NCBI GenBank assembly: GCA_021792635.1
Contig: JAJYUH010000013.1
Span: forward strand, 2,862-66,861
DNA length: 64,000 bases
Reading direction: 5' to 3'
From: Natronospirales bacterium
GTDB lineage: Bacteria; Pseudomonadota; Gammaproteobacteria; Natronospirales; REEB76
A model generated the notes under the pieces. It had not been told where the DNA came from. It did not search any database and was given only the letters and a program-made list of their open reading frames with translations. This document shows positions 19,814-30,985 of this stretch, piece by piece (the stretch's first letter is position 1; each line of letters opens with the position of its first letter). The position numbers and the translations under genes were made by a program.

Positions 19814-21035
19814 CCTGGTCGAGAGCCTGCGCTCGGCCCTGCAGGCGATCCGCGCCCACGCGCTCCGCAGTTTCCTCACTACCCTGGGCGTCATCATCGC
19901 AGTAACGGCGGTGATTGCGGTGGTATCCCTGATTCAGGGATTCCGCCATTCCGTGACAACAACGTTCGCCAACATGGGCACCAATAGCCTTACCATCCAA
20001 TCGGATGAGACACAAGAAGATTACCTGACTGGAAAAGTGGTAAAAGTCACGCCCGATGATATGCGAGCCATCCAGCATGATGTCTCCGGCATCAGCAATA
20101 TCACACCGGTGCTTACACTCGCGGACTTCGGTTCCGGCGCAATCCAGTATGGTGACCAGATCGCCTACGCCGGCATATACGGCACCACCTCCTCCCACGC
20201 GGAAAACACCAGCTTTTACCCGGTAAGGGGGCGTTATATCACGCCCAGTGATGATTTGGACCACCGCCGCGTGGCGGTCATCGGCCAGACTCTGCTAACG
20301 GACCTCAATCTACCGAAGAATCCACTGGGCCAATACATCGAGATGTACGGCCAGTGGTTTAAGATCATCGGTGTGTTGAAGAAATTAGGCTCCATCGGGG
20401 GTCAGGATCAGGACGACCGCATCTACATCCCATACGGCACCGCTCACAGCCTGCTGGGGGCAGCCACGGTACCGGATGTCGCTATCAATCTAACTATCAA
20501 CAATCTGCAGAATCTGGACAGCGTGGTGGGACGTATCACTGAAGTGCTGCGGCGGCAGCACCATCTCAAACCGGGCCAGCACAACGACTTTCTGGTTCAG
20601 ACACCCGAACAAACGCTTGGAACCTTCAACAAGGTTCTAAATTCCATTACCCTGATCTTGGGTGGCATCGTTGGTATTTCACTCTTGGTGGGCGGCATCG
20701 GCATCATGAATATCATGCTGGTTTCGGTCACGGAACGTACCCGCGAAATCGGCATCTGCAAGAGTCTGGGGGCGCGCCGCCGCGACATTCTCCTGCAGTT
20801 CCTCATCGAAGCGGTAATCCTGTCTCTCATCGGAGGGATCATCGGTTTGCTGCTCGGTTACGGTATCGGTGTGCTGGTGGCGCACCTGGTCCCGCAATTT
20901 CTGGGCGCACACGTACCCTGGTGGGCGGTGGTGCTGGCCTTCGGGTTTGCCGCCGGGGTCGGTGTGCTGTTCGGCATCGCCCCCGCAGCCAAAGCCGCCT
21001 CCCTCAGCCCGATTGACGCTCTACGTTACGAATAG
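19806..21035 (+). CDS. ABC transporter permease, FtsX/MacB-type (copy 1)
   Basis: ORF 19758..21035. GTG 19806 gives (M)YNLVESLRSALQAIRAHALRSFLT, collinear with the N-terminus of the next gene. TM1, large periplasmic domain, three C-terminal TMs, GGIGIMNIMLVSVTERTREIG motif. Confidence 0.85.
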   Translation: MYNLVESLRSALQAIRAHALRSFLTTLGVIIAVTAVIAVVSLIQGFRHSVTTTFANMGTNSLTIQSDETQEDYLTGKVVKVTPDDMRAIQHDVSGISNITPVLTLADFGSGAIQYGDQIAYAGIYGTTSSHAENTSFYPVRGRYITPSDDLDHRRVAVIGQTLLTDLNLPKNPLGQYIEMYGQWFKIIGVLKKLGSIGGQDQDDRIYIPYGTAHSLLGAATVPDVAINLTINNLQNLDSVVGRITEVLRRQHHLKPGQHNDFLVQTPEQTLGTFNKVLNSITLILGGIVGISLLVGGIGIMNIMLVSVTERTREIGICKSLGARRRDILLQFLIEAVILSLIGGIIGLLLGYGIGVLVAHLVPQFLGAHVPWWAVVLAFGFAAGVGVLFGIAPAAKAASLSPIDALRYE

Positions 21036-21047
21036 ACGGCCGCGCAT

Positions 21048-22274
21048 ATGCACACCCTCATGGAAAGTCTGCGCTCTGCCTTCCAAGCCATCCGCGCCCA
21101 TGCTCTACGCAGCTTCCTGACCATGCTGGGCATCGTCATCGGAGTGATGGCGGTGATTGCAGTGGTATCCTTGATCCAGGGGTTCAGCAATTCCGTCACC
21201 AGTGAATTCAAGGGGCTGGGCGCCAACAGCCTCACCATACAATCCTACCTGCCCCGCAAGGATCGCCTCGCCGGCAAGGTCGCGAAAGTAACGCCGGATG
21301 ACCTGCTGGCGATCCAGCGCGGCGTCAGCGGTATCAGTGGCTTGAGCCCCATCCTGCCCGTGGGCCGATTCTACGGTACGGTGAAATATCGCAATCGGTC
21401 CACCCACAGCCGCATTCTCGGCACCACACCGGGTTTTGCGCTCAGCAACGGACAATATCCCGACCGTGGGCGTTTCATCACGCCGGACGATGATCTGCAT
21501 CACCATCACGTGGCAGTGATCGGTGTTACGCTGGTGAAAAAACTGCATCTGCCCGCGGACCCATTGGGACATTACATCCAAATGTCAGGGCAATGGTTCA
21601 GGGTGGTGGGTGTGCTCCATCCTCTGGGGCAGATCCTGGGTTTTGACCAGGATAACCGCGTGCTCATCCCCTACGGTACCGCACTCAGCCTGCAAGACGC
21701 CGCCGTCGTGCCGGACATCGCCATACAATTGAACGTGAACCATACCAAACAGATGGACGCGGTGGTGGCGCGCATCACGGAAATCCTGCGCCGCAATCAT
21801 CATCTGAAGCCCGGCCAGAACAATGACTTCAAAATCCAGACTCCGGCCCAATTGCTGGGAACCTTCACCAAGGTGCTCAATTCCATCACCCTGATTCTGG
21901 GCGGGATCGTGGCCATCTCGCTCCTGGTGGGCGGCATCGGCATCATGAACATCATGCTGGTATCGGTCACGGAGCGCACCCGCGAAATCGGCATCATGAA
22001 GAGCCTGGGAGCACGGCATCGCGACATCCTGATCCAGTTCCTTATCGAAGCGGTGACGCTGGCGCTCATCGGCGGCACCATCGGCCTGTTCTTGGGCTAT
22101 GGCACAGGCCTGCTGGTAGCCCATGCCGTACCCGAGTTCCGCGGTGCCCATGTACCCCTGTGGGCGGTAGTCTTGGCCTTCGGCTTCTCCGGCGGCGTGG
22201 GCATTCTCTTCGGTATCGTACCCGCCGCCAAGGCGGCGGCTCTCGACCCCATCGAGGCTTTGCGGTACGAATAG
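21048..22274 (+). CDS. ABC transporter permease, FtsX/MacB-type (copy 2, tandem paralogue)
   Basis: MHTLMESLRSAFQAIRAHALRSFLT...; same architecture and the same GGIGIMNIMLVSVTERTREIG motif. By eye it is roughly 60 percent identical to copy 1. Confidence 0.85.
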   Translation: MHTLMESLRSAFQAIRAHALRSFLTMLGIVIGVMAVIAVVSLIQGFSNSVTSEFKGLGANSLTIQSYLPRKDRLAGKVAKVTPDDLLAIQRGVSGISGLSPILPVGRFYGTVKYRNRSTHSRILGTTPGFALSNGQYPDRGRFITPDDDLHHHHVAVIGVTLVKKLHLPADPLGHYIQMSGQWFRVVGVLHPLGQILGFDQDNRVLIPYGTALSLQDAAVVPDIAIQLNVNHTKQMDAVVARITEILRRNHHLKPGQNNDFKIQTPAQLLGTFTKVLNSITLILGGIVAISLLVGGIGIMNIMLVSVTERTREIGIMKSLGARHRDILIQFLIEAVTLALIGGTIGLFLGYGTGLLVAHAVPEFRGAHVPLWAVVLAFGFSGGVGILFGIVPAAKAAALDPIEALRYE

Positions 22275-22302
22275 ACACGCCTGTTCAACCCCAGGAATCG
22301 CC

Positions 22303-23052
22303 ATGTCCCCGCCCCGGCTTCCGATACTCGTCGCCCACCGCGGCTGGCCGGCACGCTATCCCGAAAACACTCTGGAAAGCCTCCAGGCCGCTGTTCTTGC
22401 TGGTGCGCGTTTTATCGAGTTCGACATCCAACTCAGCCGCGACCGGGTACCGGTCCTCTGTCACGATGCTTCGCTTAAACGCACTACCGGCCTGGATCGC
22501 CTGGTGATGGATCTGGATATCCAGGAACTCATCACGCTGAACGCGGGTGAGCGCCAACGTTTCGGTGAGCGCTATGCCGCAGTGCGTCTGCCGCAACTTG
22601 CGGAAGTGGCAGCGTGGCTCAAGCGCATACCACAGGTCCGGGCCTTCGTGGAAATCAAACGCCAAAGTCTGCGTCATTTTGGCCGGGAAATCGTGGTACG
22701 ACAAATCATGTCGGTGCTACAGCCCGCCCTGGATCAATGTATCGTCATCTCCTTCGATCACGCCTGCCTCAGCATGGCGCGAAGGTTGGGCGCCCATGCC
22801 ATCGGCTGGGCGCCGGGAAATACTGACCAAGAGATGCGTGAGACAGCGGGCAGTCTGCAGCCGGATTATCTGTTCGCCGAAGAAAAACGGTTCGCGGAAA
22901 TTTACGCCGCTCTTCCGGGTGACTGGCAGTGGATTGTGTATGCCGTCCAGGACCCGCAGCGCGCCTTGCAACTCGCCGCTCAGGGTGCAGAGTTTGTGGA
23001 AACGAATGCCATTGGTGAAATGCTGATGGCACCGGAATTCGCGCAATCATGA
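22303..23052 (+). CDS. Glycerophosphodiester phosphodiesterase
   Basis: GDPD signature ILVAHRGWPARYPENTLESL ... EFDIQLSRDRVPVLCHD. Confidence 0.85.
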   Translation: MSPPRLPILVAHRGWPARYPENTLESLQAAVLAGARFIEFDIQLSRDRVPVLCHDASLKRTTGLDRLVMDLDIQELITLNAGERQRFGERYAAVRLPQLAEVAAWLKRIPQVRAFVEIKRQSLRHFGREIVVRQIMSVLQPALDQCIVISFDHACLSMARRLGAHAIGWAPGNTDQEMRETAGSLQPDYLFAEEKRFAEIYAALPGDWQWIVYAVQDPQRALQLAAQGAEFVETNAIGEMLMAPEFAQS

Positions 23053-24224
23053 ATAAAGATTACGACTTGGTCGTGATAGGCGCCGGTATCCACGGCGCCG
23101 GCATCGCCCAGGCCGCCGCAGCCCGCGGTCATGCGGTTCTGGTGCTGGAACAACGGGGCATCGCCGCCGGCACCTCCAGCCGTTCCAGCAAGCTGATCCA
23201 TGGCGGTTTGCGCTACCTGGAACAATTCGATCTGCGTCTGGTGCGCGAGTGTCTGCGGGAGCGGGAATTATTGCTGCGCATCGCGCCGCGCCTGGTGCAT
23301 CTCACGCCATTCTATATTCCCGTTTACGCGCACACGCGCCGGCGCCCCTGGCAGGTACGCGCGGGTCTCAGTCTGTACGCATTGCTGGGCGGTCTCAAAG
23401 CCCATGCCTGTTTTCAGATGCTGCCGCGCCGCCGGTGGGACAAGTTGCAGGGTTTGCGCAGTGAGGGCCTGCAAGCCGTGTTCCGGTACTGGGATGCGCA
23501 GACCGATGATGCGGCACTCACCCGCGCGGTCATGGCTTCGGCGCAGACCCTGGGCGCAGAACTGTGCATGCCGGCGATGTTCGATCATGCGGTACCCGGT
23601 GCAACCGGCTGTGATATCGTCTTCACACACGCGGGCGTTGCTCGTTCCGTGTGGGCTCGCGTGCTGGTGAATGCAGCCGGTCCCTGGGTAGCCCGGGTGG
23701 CGGCGCGCATCAAATCTCTTCCGCCGCAGCCTCCCGCAGAGCTGGTGCAGGGCACGCACATCGTGCTGGATCGGAGGATAGTCACCAGCATCTTCTACGT
23801 GGAAGCCCCCCGGGACGGCCGTGCCATATTCATTATGCCCTGGCATAACGGTACGACGCTGGTAGGCACTACGGAAACCCCCTATGGCGGCGACGATCCC
23901 GCAAGGGTCAAGCCGCTGCCTGAAGAACAGCAGTATCTGCTGGAAGTGGTGCGGCGTTACTTCCCGCAGGCACAGGCAAACATCAGCGCCAGCTTCGCCG
24001 GATTACGCGTGTTGCCCGGCGGCGAAAGCCGCGTATTCAGGCGCTCGCGGGAGATCATTTTTACCGCCGATCGGCCGCAGCAAGCGCGCGTGCTGAGCGT
24101 GTACGGCGGCAAGCTCACATCATATCGCGCGGATGCGCAGCAGGCCCTGCGGCGCCTGACTGATGCCTTGCCCGTACGCTGGCCGATCGCCGACACGCGC
24201 AAGCTGCCACTGAACCCGATCTGA
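23049..24224 (+). CDS. FAD-dependent glycerol-3-phosphate dehydrogenase/oxidase (short GlpD-like)
   Basis: YDLVVIGAGIHGAGIA (FAD GxGxxG) and TSSRSSKLIHGGLRYLEQ, typical of GlpD. Only 391 aa. Start overlaps the upstream stop (ATGA). Confidence 0.8.
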   Translation: MNKDYDLVVIGAGIHGAGIAQAAAARGHAVLVLEQRGIAAGTSSRSSKLIHGGLRYLEQFDLRLVRECLRERELLLRIAPRLVHLTPFYIPVYAHTRRRPWQVRAGLSLYALLGGLKAHACFQMLPRRRWDKLQGLRSEGLQAVFRYWDAQTDDAALTRAVMASAQTLGAELCMPAMFDHAVPGATGCDIVFTHAGVARSVWARVLVNAAGPWVARVAARIKSLPPQPPAELVQGTHIVLDRRIVTSIFYVEAPRDGRAIFIMPWHNGTTLVGTTETPYGGDDPARVKPLPEEQQYLLEVVRRYFPQAQANISASFAGLRVLPGGESRVFRRSREIIFTADRPQQARVLSVYGGKLTSYRADAQQALRRLTDALPVRWPIADTRKLPLNPI

Positions 24225-24238
24225 TACCGGATCCGCTC

Positions 24239-25687
24239 ATGTCACGTGGACTTCCGTTATTTCTTGCGCTCGACCAGGGCGGTCATGCAAGCCGCGCCCT
24301 GGTATTCGATGCAACCGGCAAACTGATAGCATCAGCACAAAAGAATATCGCCACTCTGCATCCGGGCCGCGGCCGCGTGGAACATGACCCCGGCGCGTTG
24401 CTCACCTCCGTTACCCGGGTTTGCAATGCGGTCGTGCGGCAACTGGGGGCGCGCCACGCACACATTCAGACGGCCGGCCTCGCCACACAGCGCTCCACCC
24501 TGGTGTGCTGGGAACGGGAAACCGGCCAAGCCCTGTCTCCGGTCCTCTCCTGGCAGGATCGCCGTGGGGCCCGCCAAACCGTATCGCTCGCATCCCATGC
24601 AGCGCGGATACGCGAGGTAACCGGCCTGGTACTCTCACCCCATTACGGTGCAAGCAAGCTGGCTTGGTGCCTCGGCAACCTGCAACCTGCCAAGCAGGCA
24701 CTTCGCTTGAACCGGCTGGCCGCCGGACCACTCGCGAGCTTCATTCTCGCCAATCTGCTGACTGAAAAACCGTTGCTGGTGGATCCGGTGAATGCCGCGC
24801 GCACCCTGCTCTGGGATTACCGCCGATACGACTGGTCGCCGGAGTTGCTTGAACTGTTCCGCATACCGGCACAGATACTGCCCCGCAGTGTACCTAACCA
24901 CCACCTCTATGGGCATCTGCGATTGGGCACCCGGGATATTCCCCTGACGGTGGTCACCGGCGACCAGCCGGCCGCTTTGTACGCCGGCGGCGATCCGGCT
25001 GAGGACAGTATTTATGTGAATATCGGCACCGGCGCCTTCCTGCAACGCCTGCACGGCGAAACGCCACCGCAGGCTCCCGGGCTGCTTGCAAGCGTAGTGT
25101 GGCAGGAACAGCACCACGTCCTGTATGCGCTGGAAGGTACGGTGAATGGCGCCGGCAGCGCGCTGCTCTGGCTGCGCCTGCGTTCGGGGATGTCCGAAAA
25201 AGCAATGCTTGCAAAAATGCCGGCATGGCTGGCCTCAGAAATGGAGGTGCCGCTGTTTTTGAACGGGATATCCGGATTGGGCTCGCCTTACTGGACACCC
25301 GGTTTGTACTCACGCTTCATCGGCCGGGGTGATACCAGGCAGAAAATGTCGGCCGTGGTGGAAAGCATCGTGTTCCTTTTATGTGTGAACCTGGAACGCA
25401 TGTACAGCAGCGCGGCTCCGCTCAAGCGGATTGTCGCAAGCGGCGGGCTCACTCAGTGGGACGGCCTCTGTCAGCGGCTCGCTGATCTGAGTGAGCTGCC
25501 TGTGCACCGGTCAATCTTGCATGAAGCCACCGCCACCGGCCTCGCACGGTTGCTGGGCGTACGCGCCTGCACGCCGCTGGTCACACGAGTTTTTGTGCCG
25601 GTGGAGAATATACCGCTGAAACGCCGTTATGCGGACTGGCGCGTGGCCCTGGAAGCGGCGCTGGCAAAGATGAAATCAGATACCTGA
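24239..25687 (+). CDS. FGGY-family carbohydrate kinase (glycerol-kinase-like)
   Basis: N-terminal LALDQGGHASRALVFDATGKLIA (actin-fold phosphate-1 motif), 482 aa, and C-terminal FGGY domain (GGLTQWDGLCQRLADL). Confidence 0.75.
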   Translation: MSRGLPLFLALDQGGHASRALVFDATGKLIASAQKNIATLHPGRGRVEHDPGALLTSVTRVCNAVVRQLGARHAHIQTAGLATQRSTLVCWERETGQALSPVLSWQDRRGARQTVSLASHAARIREVTGLVLSPHYGASKLAWCLGNLQPAKQALRLNRLAAGPLASFILANLLTEKPLLVDPVNAARTLLWDYRRYDWSPELLELFRIPAQILPRSVPNHHLYGHLRLGTRDIPLTVVTGDQPAALYAGGDPAEDSIYVNIGTGAFLQRLHGETPPQAPGLLASVVWQEQHHVLYALEGTVNGAGSALLWLRLRSGMSEKAMLAKMPAWLASEMEVPLFLNGISGLGSPYWTPGLYSRFIGRGDTRQKMSAVVESIVFLLCVNLERMYSSAAPLKRIVASGGLTQWDGLCQRLADLSELPVHRSILHEATATGLARLLGVRACTPLVTRVFVPVENIPLKRRYADWRVALEAALAKMKSDT

Positions 25688-25688
25688 A

Positions 25689-26231
25689 TTATTGGCGCTG
25701 TTTGCGGCGCAACTGCATCCGTTCCCGCTTGATGGCACGCTGCATACGGTGCAGCAATGCATAATCGTGCTCGTCGCGATAGGGCTTGATATCCAGATTC
25801 ACCGGCAGGCGTTGCAGGGATTCCTCCGCCGCTTCCTTGATGTACTTCTGCATGAAGCGGTCGTACTCGTGCCAGGCGATACCGTAGGCGCGTACGGCCG
25901 CTTCTTCGGTACGCAGGGCAATCTGATGGGCGTGCTGATATTTCAGCCCCACCTGATCAATCATGGCTTTTTCCACTGTTTCGTGCAGAATCAGAAAGCG
26001 GTCGGTATGGATGCGCTTGCGGTGTGAAACGAAGTAGCGCGGCAACTCGCGATCAATGTAGATGGTCTTGCCATCGCGGCTGTAGCCCGCCAAATACGGG
26101 ACATCATGCTTGCGATCAAGCCTGACCTGCTTGAGCAGCGCCCGCAGCATCTGCTCCAGGATAAACCCTGATACCGCCGTGTCCGGTCCGTGCAAACGCT
26201 GGTAATGACCGACCTTGTGATTCTTCACCAT
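25689..26231 (-). CDS. Hypothetical protein (no family assignable)
   Basis: 180-aa ORF with ATG start and non-repetitive composition. Contains LILHETVEKAM and QHAHQ. Strongly basic C-terminus (KRERMQLRRKQRQ). Confidence 0.5.
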   Translation of the reverse strand: MVKNHKVGHYQRLHGPDTAVSGFILEQMLRALLKQVRLDRKHDVPYLAGYSRDGKTIYIDRELPRYFVSHRKRIHTDRFLILHETVEKAMIDQVGLKYQHAHQIALRTEEAAVRAYGIAWHEYDRFMQKYIKEAAEESLQRLPVNLDIKPYRDEHDYALLHRMQRAIKRERMQLRRKQRQ

Positions 26232-26291
26232 CAGGAATACCCGCCCGGCAAAAAGCGGCGGCCCGCCTGCGAAACTGCCGTTGCTGAAGAG

Positions 26292-27128
26292 TTAATCGGA
26301 TGAGTAGGAAACCGCCACCCACTGTGGCGGCAAGCTCGGCGTCCAGGTATCGAAGCCGTGGGAATCCCAGATATTCCCGGAAATACTCTCGCCTTCCGAG
26401 CTCAACAGAACATTGTAGTTGCCTCCGCCCGTGAGATTCACGGATTTTGACGGGTTGAACAACAGCGTAAGGTCGCCTTTCTGGTTGGCGATCACGGTGC
26501 ACTTGAGATGCAGCGGCTTGTAGCTGGTCTTGTAGGTTACATCCAGGATGCCCATACTGCCATGGATGGTGAGAACCGCGCTGGTCACCAGAAAACCCCT
26601 GTTCTGGCCTTGCAGCTTTACATGCCCCGGGTAGGGAGACAAGTTCCATTGCTCCGGGAAGCCGGGAGCGGCGACTTGGGCGACCGGCGCACTGGTCGCA
26701 GTGGGTGCCTGGGTAGCGGTTGCAGCCTTGGCCTTGACAGCCGCCGCGCCCGTTGCCGCAGACGCCGCGCTGCTCAAGGGAGCGGGAAGCGTCGGCAAGG
26801 TGCTGCTCAGCACCTTAAAGCCGTTGCCCACCGCACCGAAATCCACTTTCTGGCCGCCGATGCTGAAGCTCTTGTAGGTGGGCTGGTCCTTTTGCACCAG
26901 ACAGACAGGCGCCCAGGCTCTGGCCGCATCCAGCGTCACTATCCGCACGCTACAGACGGGGCCCCGTACATCAATGGTGGCGGCCACGATACGCGCCTGT
27001 TGTGACAGCGGCGGTAACTGTGCCACCAGCGCATAGGGCTTGGGAGAGGAGGAACACCCGAAGAGGATCAGTACGGCACTTGCGGCACACCCGCGGGCCA
27101 TCCAACGGAAAGCGGCACGGCTCAGCAT
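26292..27128 (-). CDS. Putative lipoprotein, uncharacterised
   Basis: Signal peptide plus lipobox (AVLILFGC-SSS), central Ala/Thr/Pro-rich linker, two globular halves. Confidence 0.6.
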   Translation of the reverse strand: MLSRAAFRWMARGCAASAVLILFGCSSSPKPYALVAQLPPLSQQARIVAATIDVRGPVCSVRIVTLDAARAWAPVCLVQKDQPTYKSFSIGGQKVDFGAVGNGFKVLSSTLPTLPAPLSSAASAATGAAAVKAKAATATQAPTATSAPVAQVAAPGFPEQWNLSPYPGHVKLQGQNRGFLVTSAVLTIHGSMGILDVTYKTSYKPLHLKCTVIANQKGDLTLLFNPSKSVNLTGGGNYNVLLSSEGESISGNIWDSHGFDTWTPSLPPQWVAVSYSSD

Positions 27129-27272
27129 GGCATTGACTCCACGTTCGGCGTTGGGAAAGAAACCCGGACCTGCGCCGGACCAGCAAAATCATAGACTGTC
27201 ACGGCTGAAGAATCTACGCTAAACCGCATAAAAACCGTCCCGGGCAACAAGTTTATGTCCCATTATGGGCCA

Positions 27273-29450
<2,178 letters not shown>

Positions 29451-29473
29451 TCAGGAAACCACGGCAAACCTTA

Positions 29474-30121
29474 TCACATGGACGTATCCACGGCCCGCCA
29501 GAGATACCAGCTCGCCACGGAACAATAGGGCGCCCATCGCCGGCCTGCACGTTGCAGCGTACGCACAGCCGGCAGGTGCTGCATGCCGTAAGCGAGCTGG
29601 AAACCCTTGCGGATGCCCAGATCATCCAGCGGCAGCACGTCCGGCCGGCCGAGGGTAAAGATGAGCAGCATCTCCACAGTCCAGCGGCCCACACCGCGAA
29701 CCCGGGTAAGACGCGCGATGATCTCAGCGTCCGTCATGTGATCCAGTAGCGGGAAGTCCGGCACGCTGCCGTCCAGTACTTTCGCGGCGAGGTCGCGTAC
29801 TGCCAGGGGCTTATTGCGTGACAGGCCTGCGCTGCGCACCGCCGCTTCCGGCAAGGCCAGTAACCGTTCCGGCGTCGGGCCCTCGGCGATGGGAAACAGG
29901 CCGAGTACGCGGCTGTATATGCTGGCAGCCGCCTTTCCAGACAGTTGCTGATAGGTGACAGCTCGCAATAGCGCCTCAAAGGGAGTGGGGGCGGGGCGTA
30001 ACCTGAGCCGGCATGGGCCCACCCGGGATATGAGCTCCGCCAGACGGACGTCCGCATGCTTGAGGTGGCGCACGGCACGGCGTGTATCAAAGAGCAATGG
30101 CCTGTTCATCGGCGCCCGCAT
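29474..30121 (-). CDS. DNA-3-methyladenine glycosylase II family (HhH-GPD, AlkA-like)
   Basis: HhH-GPD region LTRVRGVGRWTVEMLLIFTLGRPDVLPLDDLGIRKG. Start uncertain (ATG 30121 or 30109, TTG 30142). Confidence 0.75.
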   Translation of the reverse strand: MRAPMNRPLLFDTRRAVRHLKHADVRLAELISRVGPCRLRLRPAPTPFEALLRAVTYQQLSGKAAASIYSRVLGLFPIAEGPTPERLLALPEAAVRSAGLSRNKPLAVRDLAAKVLDGSVPDFPLLDHMTDAEIIARLTRVRGVGRWTVEMLLIFTLGRPDVLPLDDLGIRKGFQLAYGMQHLPAVRTLQRAGRRWAPYCSVASWYLWRAVDTSM

Positions 30122-30221
30122 CGGTCGCTGCTCTCGGCGCAAGCGCCCGATTGCAAGGCCACTTGAAAACCGACCGTCTTTGGCATCACCCTAGACATGA
30201 ACTGCGCCCCTGACATAAGGC

Positions 30222-30926
30222 ATGGATATGCAAACGCAAAAAGAACTGGTCACCGCCCTGCTCGCAGCACTGGCGCAGGACGGCGATATCAATCTGCATG
30301 AATATCCCATCCATGTTACCTATCAGACCACCTTGCGACTCGAAGGTGAGGTGGCCAACATCGTCGCGAAGCGCAAGGCCAGGCGCATCGCCGTGCATCT
30401 GTCCGCACTGACAACCATCGAGGATTGTCTGCGCCTGCGACCGGGGGAACGCCGCATCGGCAAGGCGCTGCTGGATGCCGCCGTGGATGCGTTGTCCCAG
30501 GAACCTGCTTTCCGTGATCTCCACGTGCGCACTGCCCATACCGCCACTGCTCCGGCCGATCAGTGGATCGGTGTGGATGTAAGTGGCTGCATGATACGTC
30601 TCGACGGCCAGGTAGGCAGCCTCTCTCACCGTCGCCTGGCCGAAGTCATTGCCTGGTGGGTACCCGGTTGCTGCGATGTGCACAATCATCTGCGCGTGCA
30701 ACCTGCGGAGCAGGACAATGATGATGAAATCTCGGATGCCATACGCCTGGTGCTGGAAAAGGACCCCTTGTTGCACGCGGAAAATATCCGCATATCCACC
30801 CGGGAACGTCGCGTGACCCTGGACGGATCGGTACATAGCCCGGAACAAGAACGCATGGCGGTATATGACTGCTGGTATGTTCCGGGGGTACATGATGTTC
30901 GCGACCGCCTGCGGGTACTCCAGTAG
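30222..30926 (+). CDS. BON-domain protein (three BON repeats)
   Basis: Three repeats of the pattern ...V.V..G.V.L.G.V.S...K..A...A..V.GV..V.N.L.V (for example RISTRERRVTLDGSVHSPEQERMAVYDCWYVPGVHDVRDRLRV). Confidence 0.65.
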   Translation: MDMQTQKELVTALLAALAQDGDINLHEYPIHVTYQTTLRLEGEVANIVAKRKARRIAVHLSALTTIEDCLRLRPGERRIGKALLDAAVDALSQEPAFRDLHVRTAHTATAPADQWIGVDVSGCMIRLDGQVGSLSHRRLAEVIAWWVPGCCDVHNHLRVQPAEQDNDDEISDAIRLVLEKDPLLHAENIRISTRERRVTLDGSVHSPEQERMAVYDCWYVPGVHDVRDRLRVLQ

Positions 30927-30985
30927 CACCCACAACGCCCTAATCCTGATTTAAACTGAGTGGAGACTCAATAGCCGTCTGCTCC

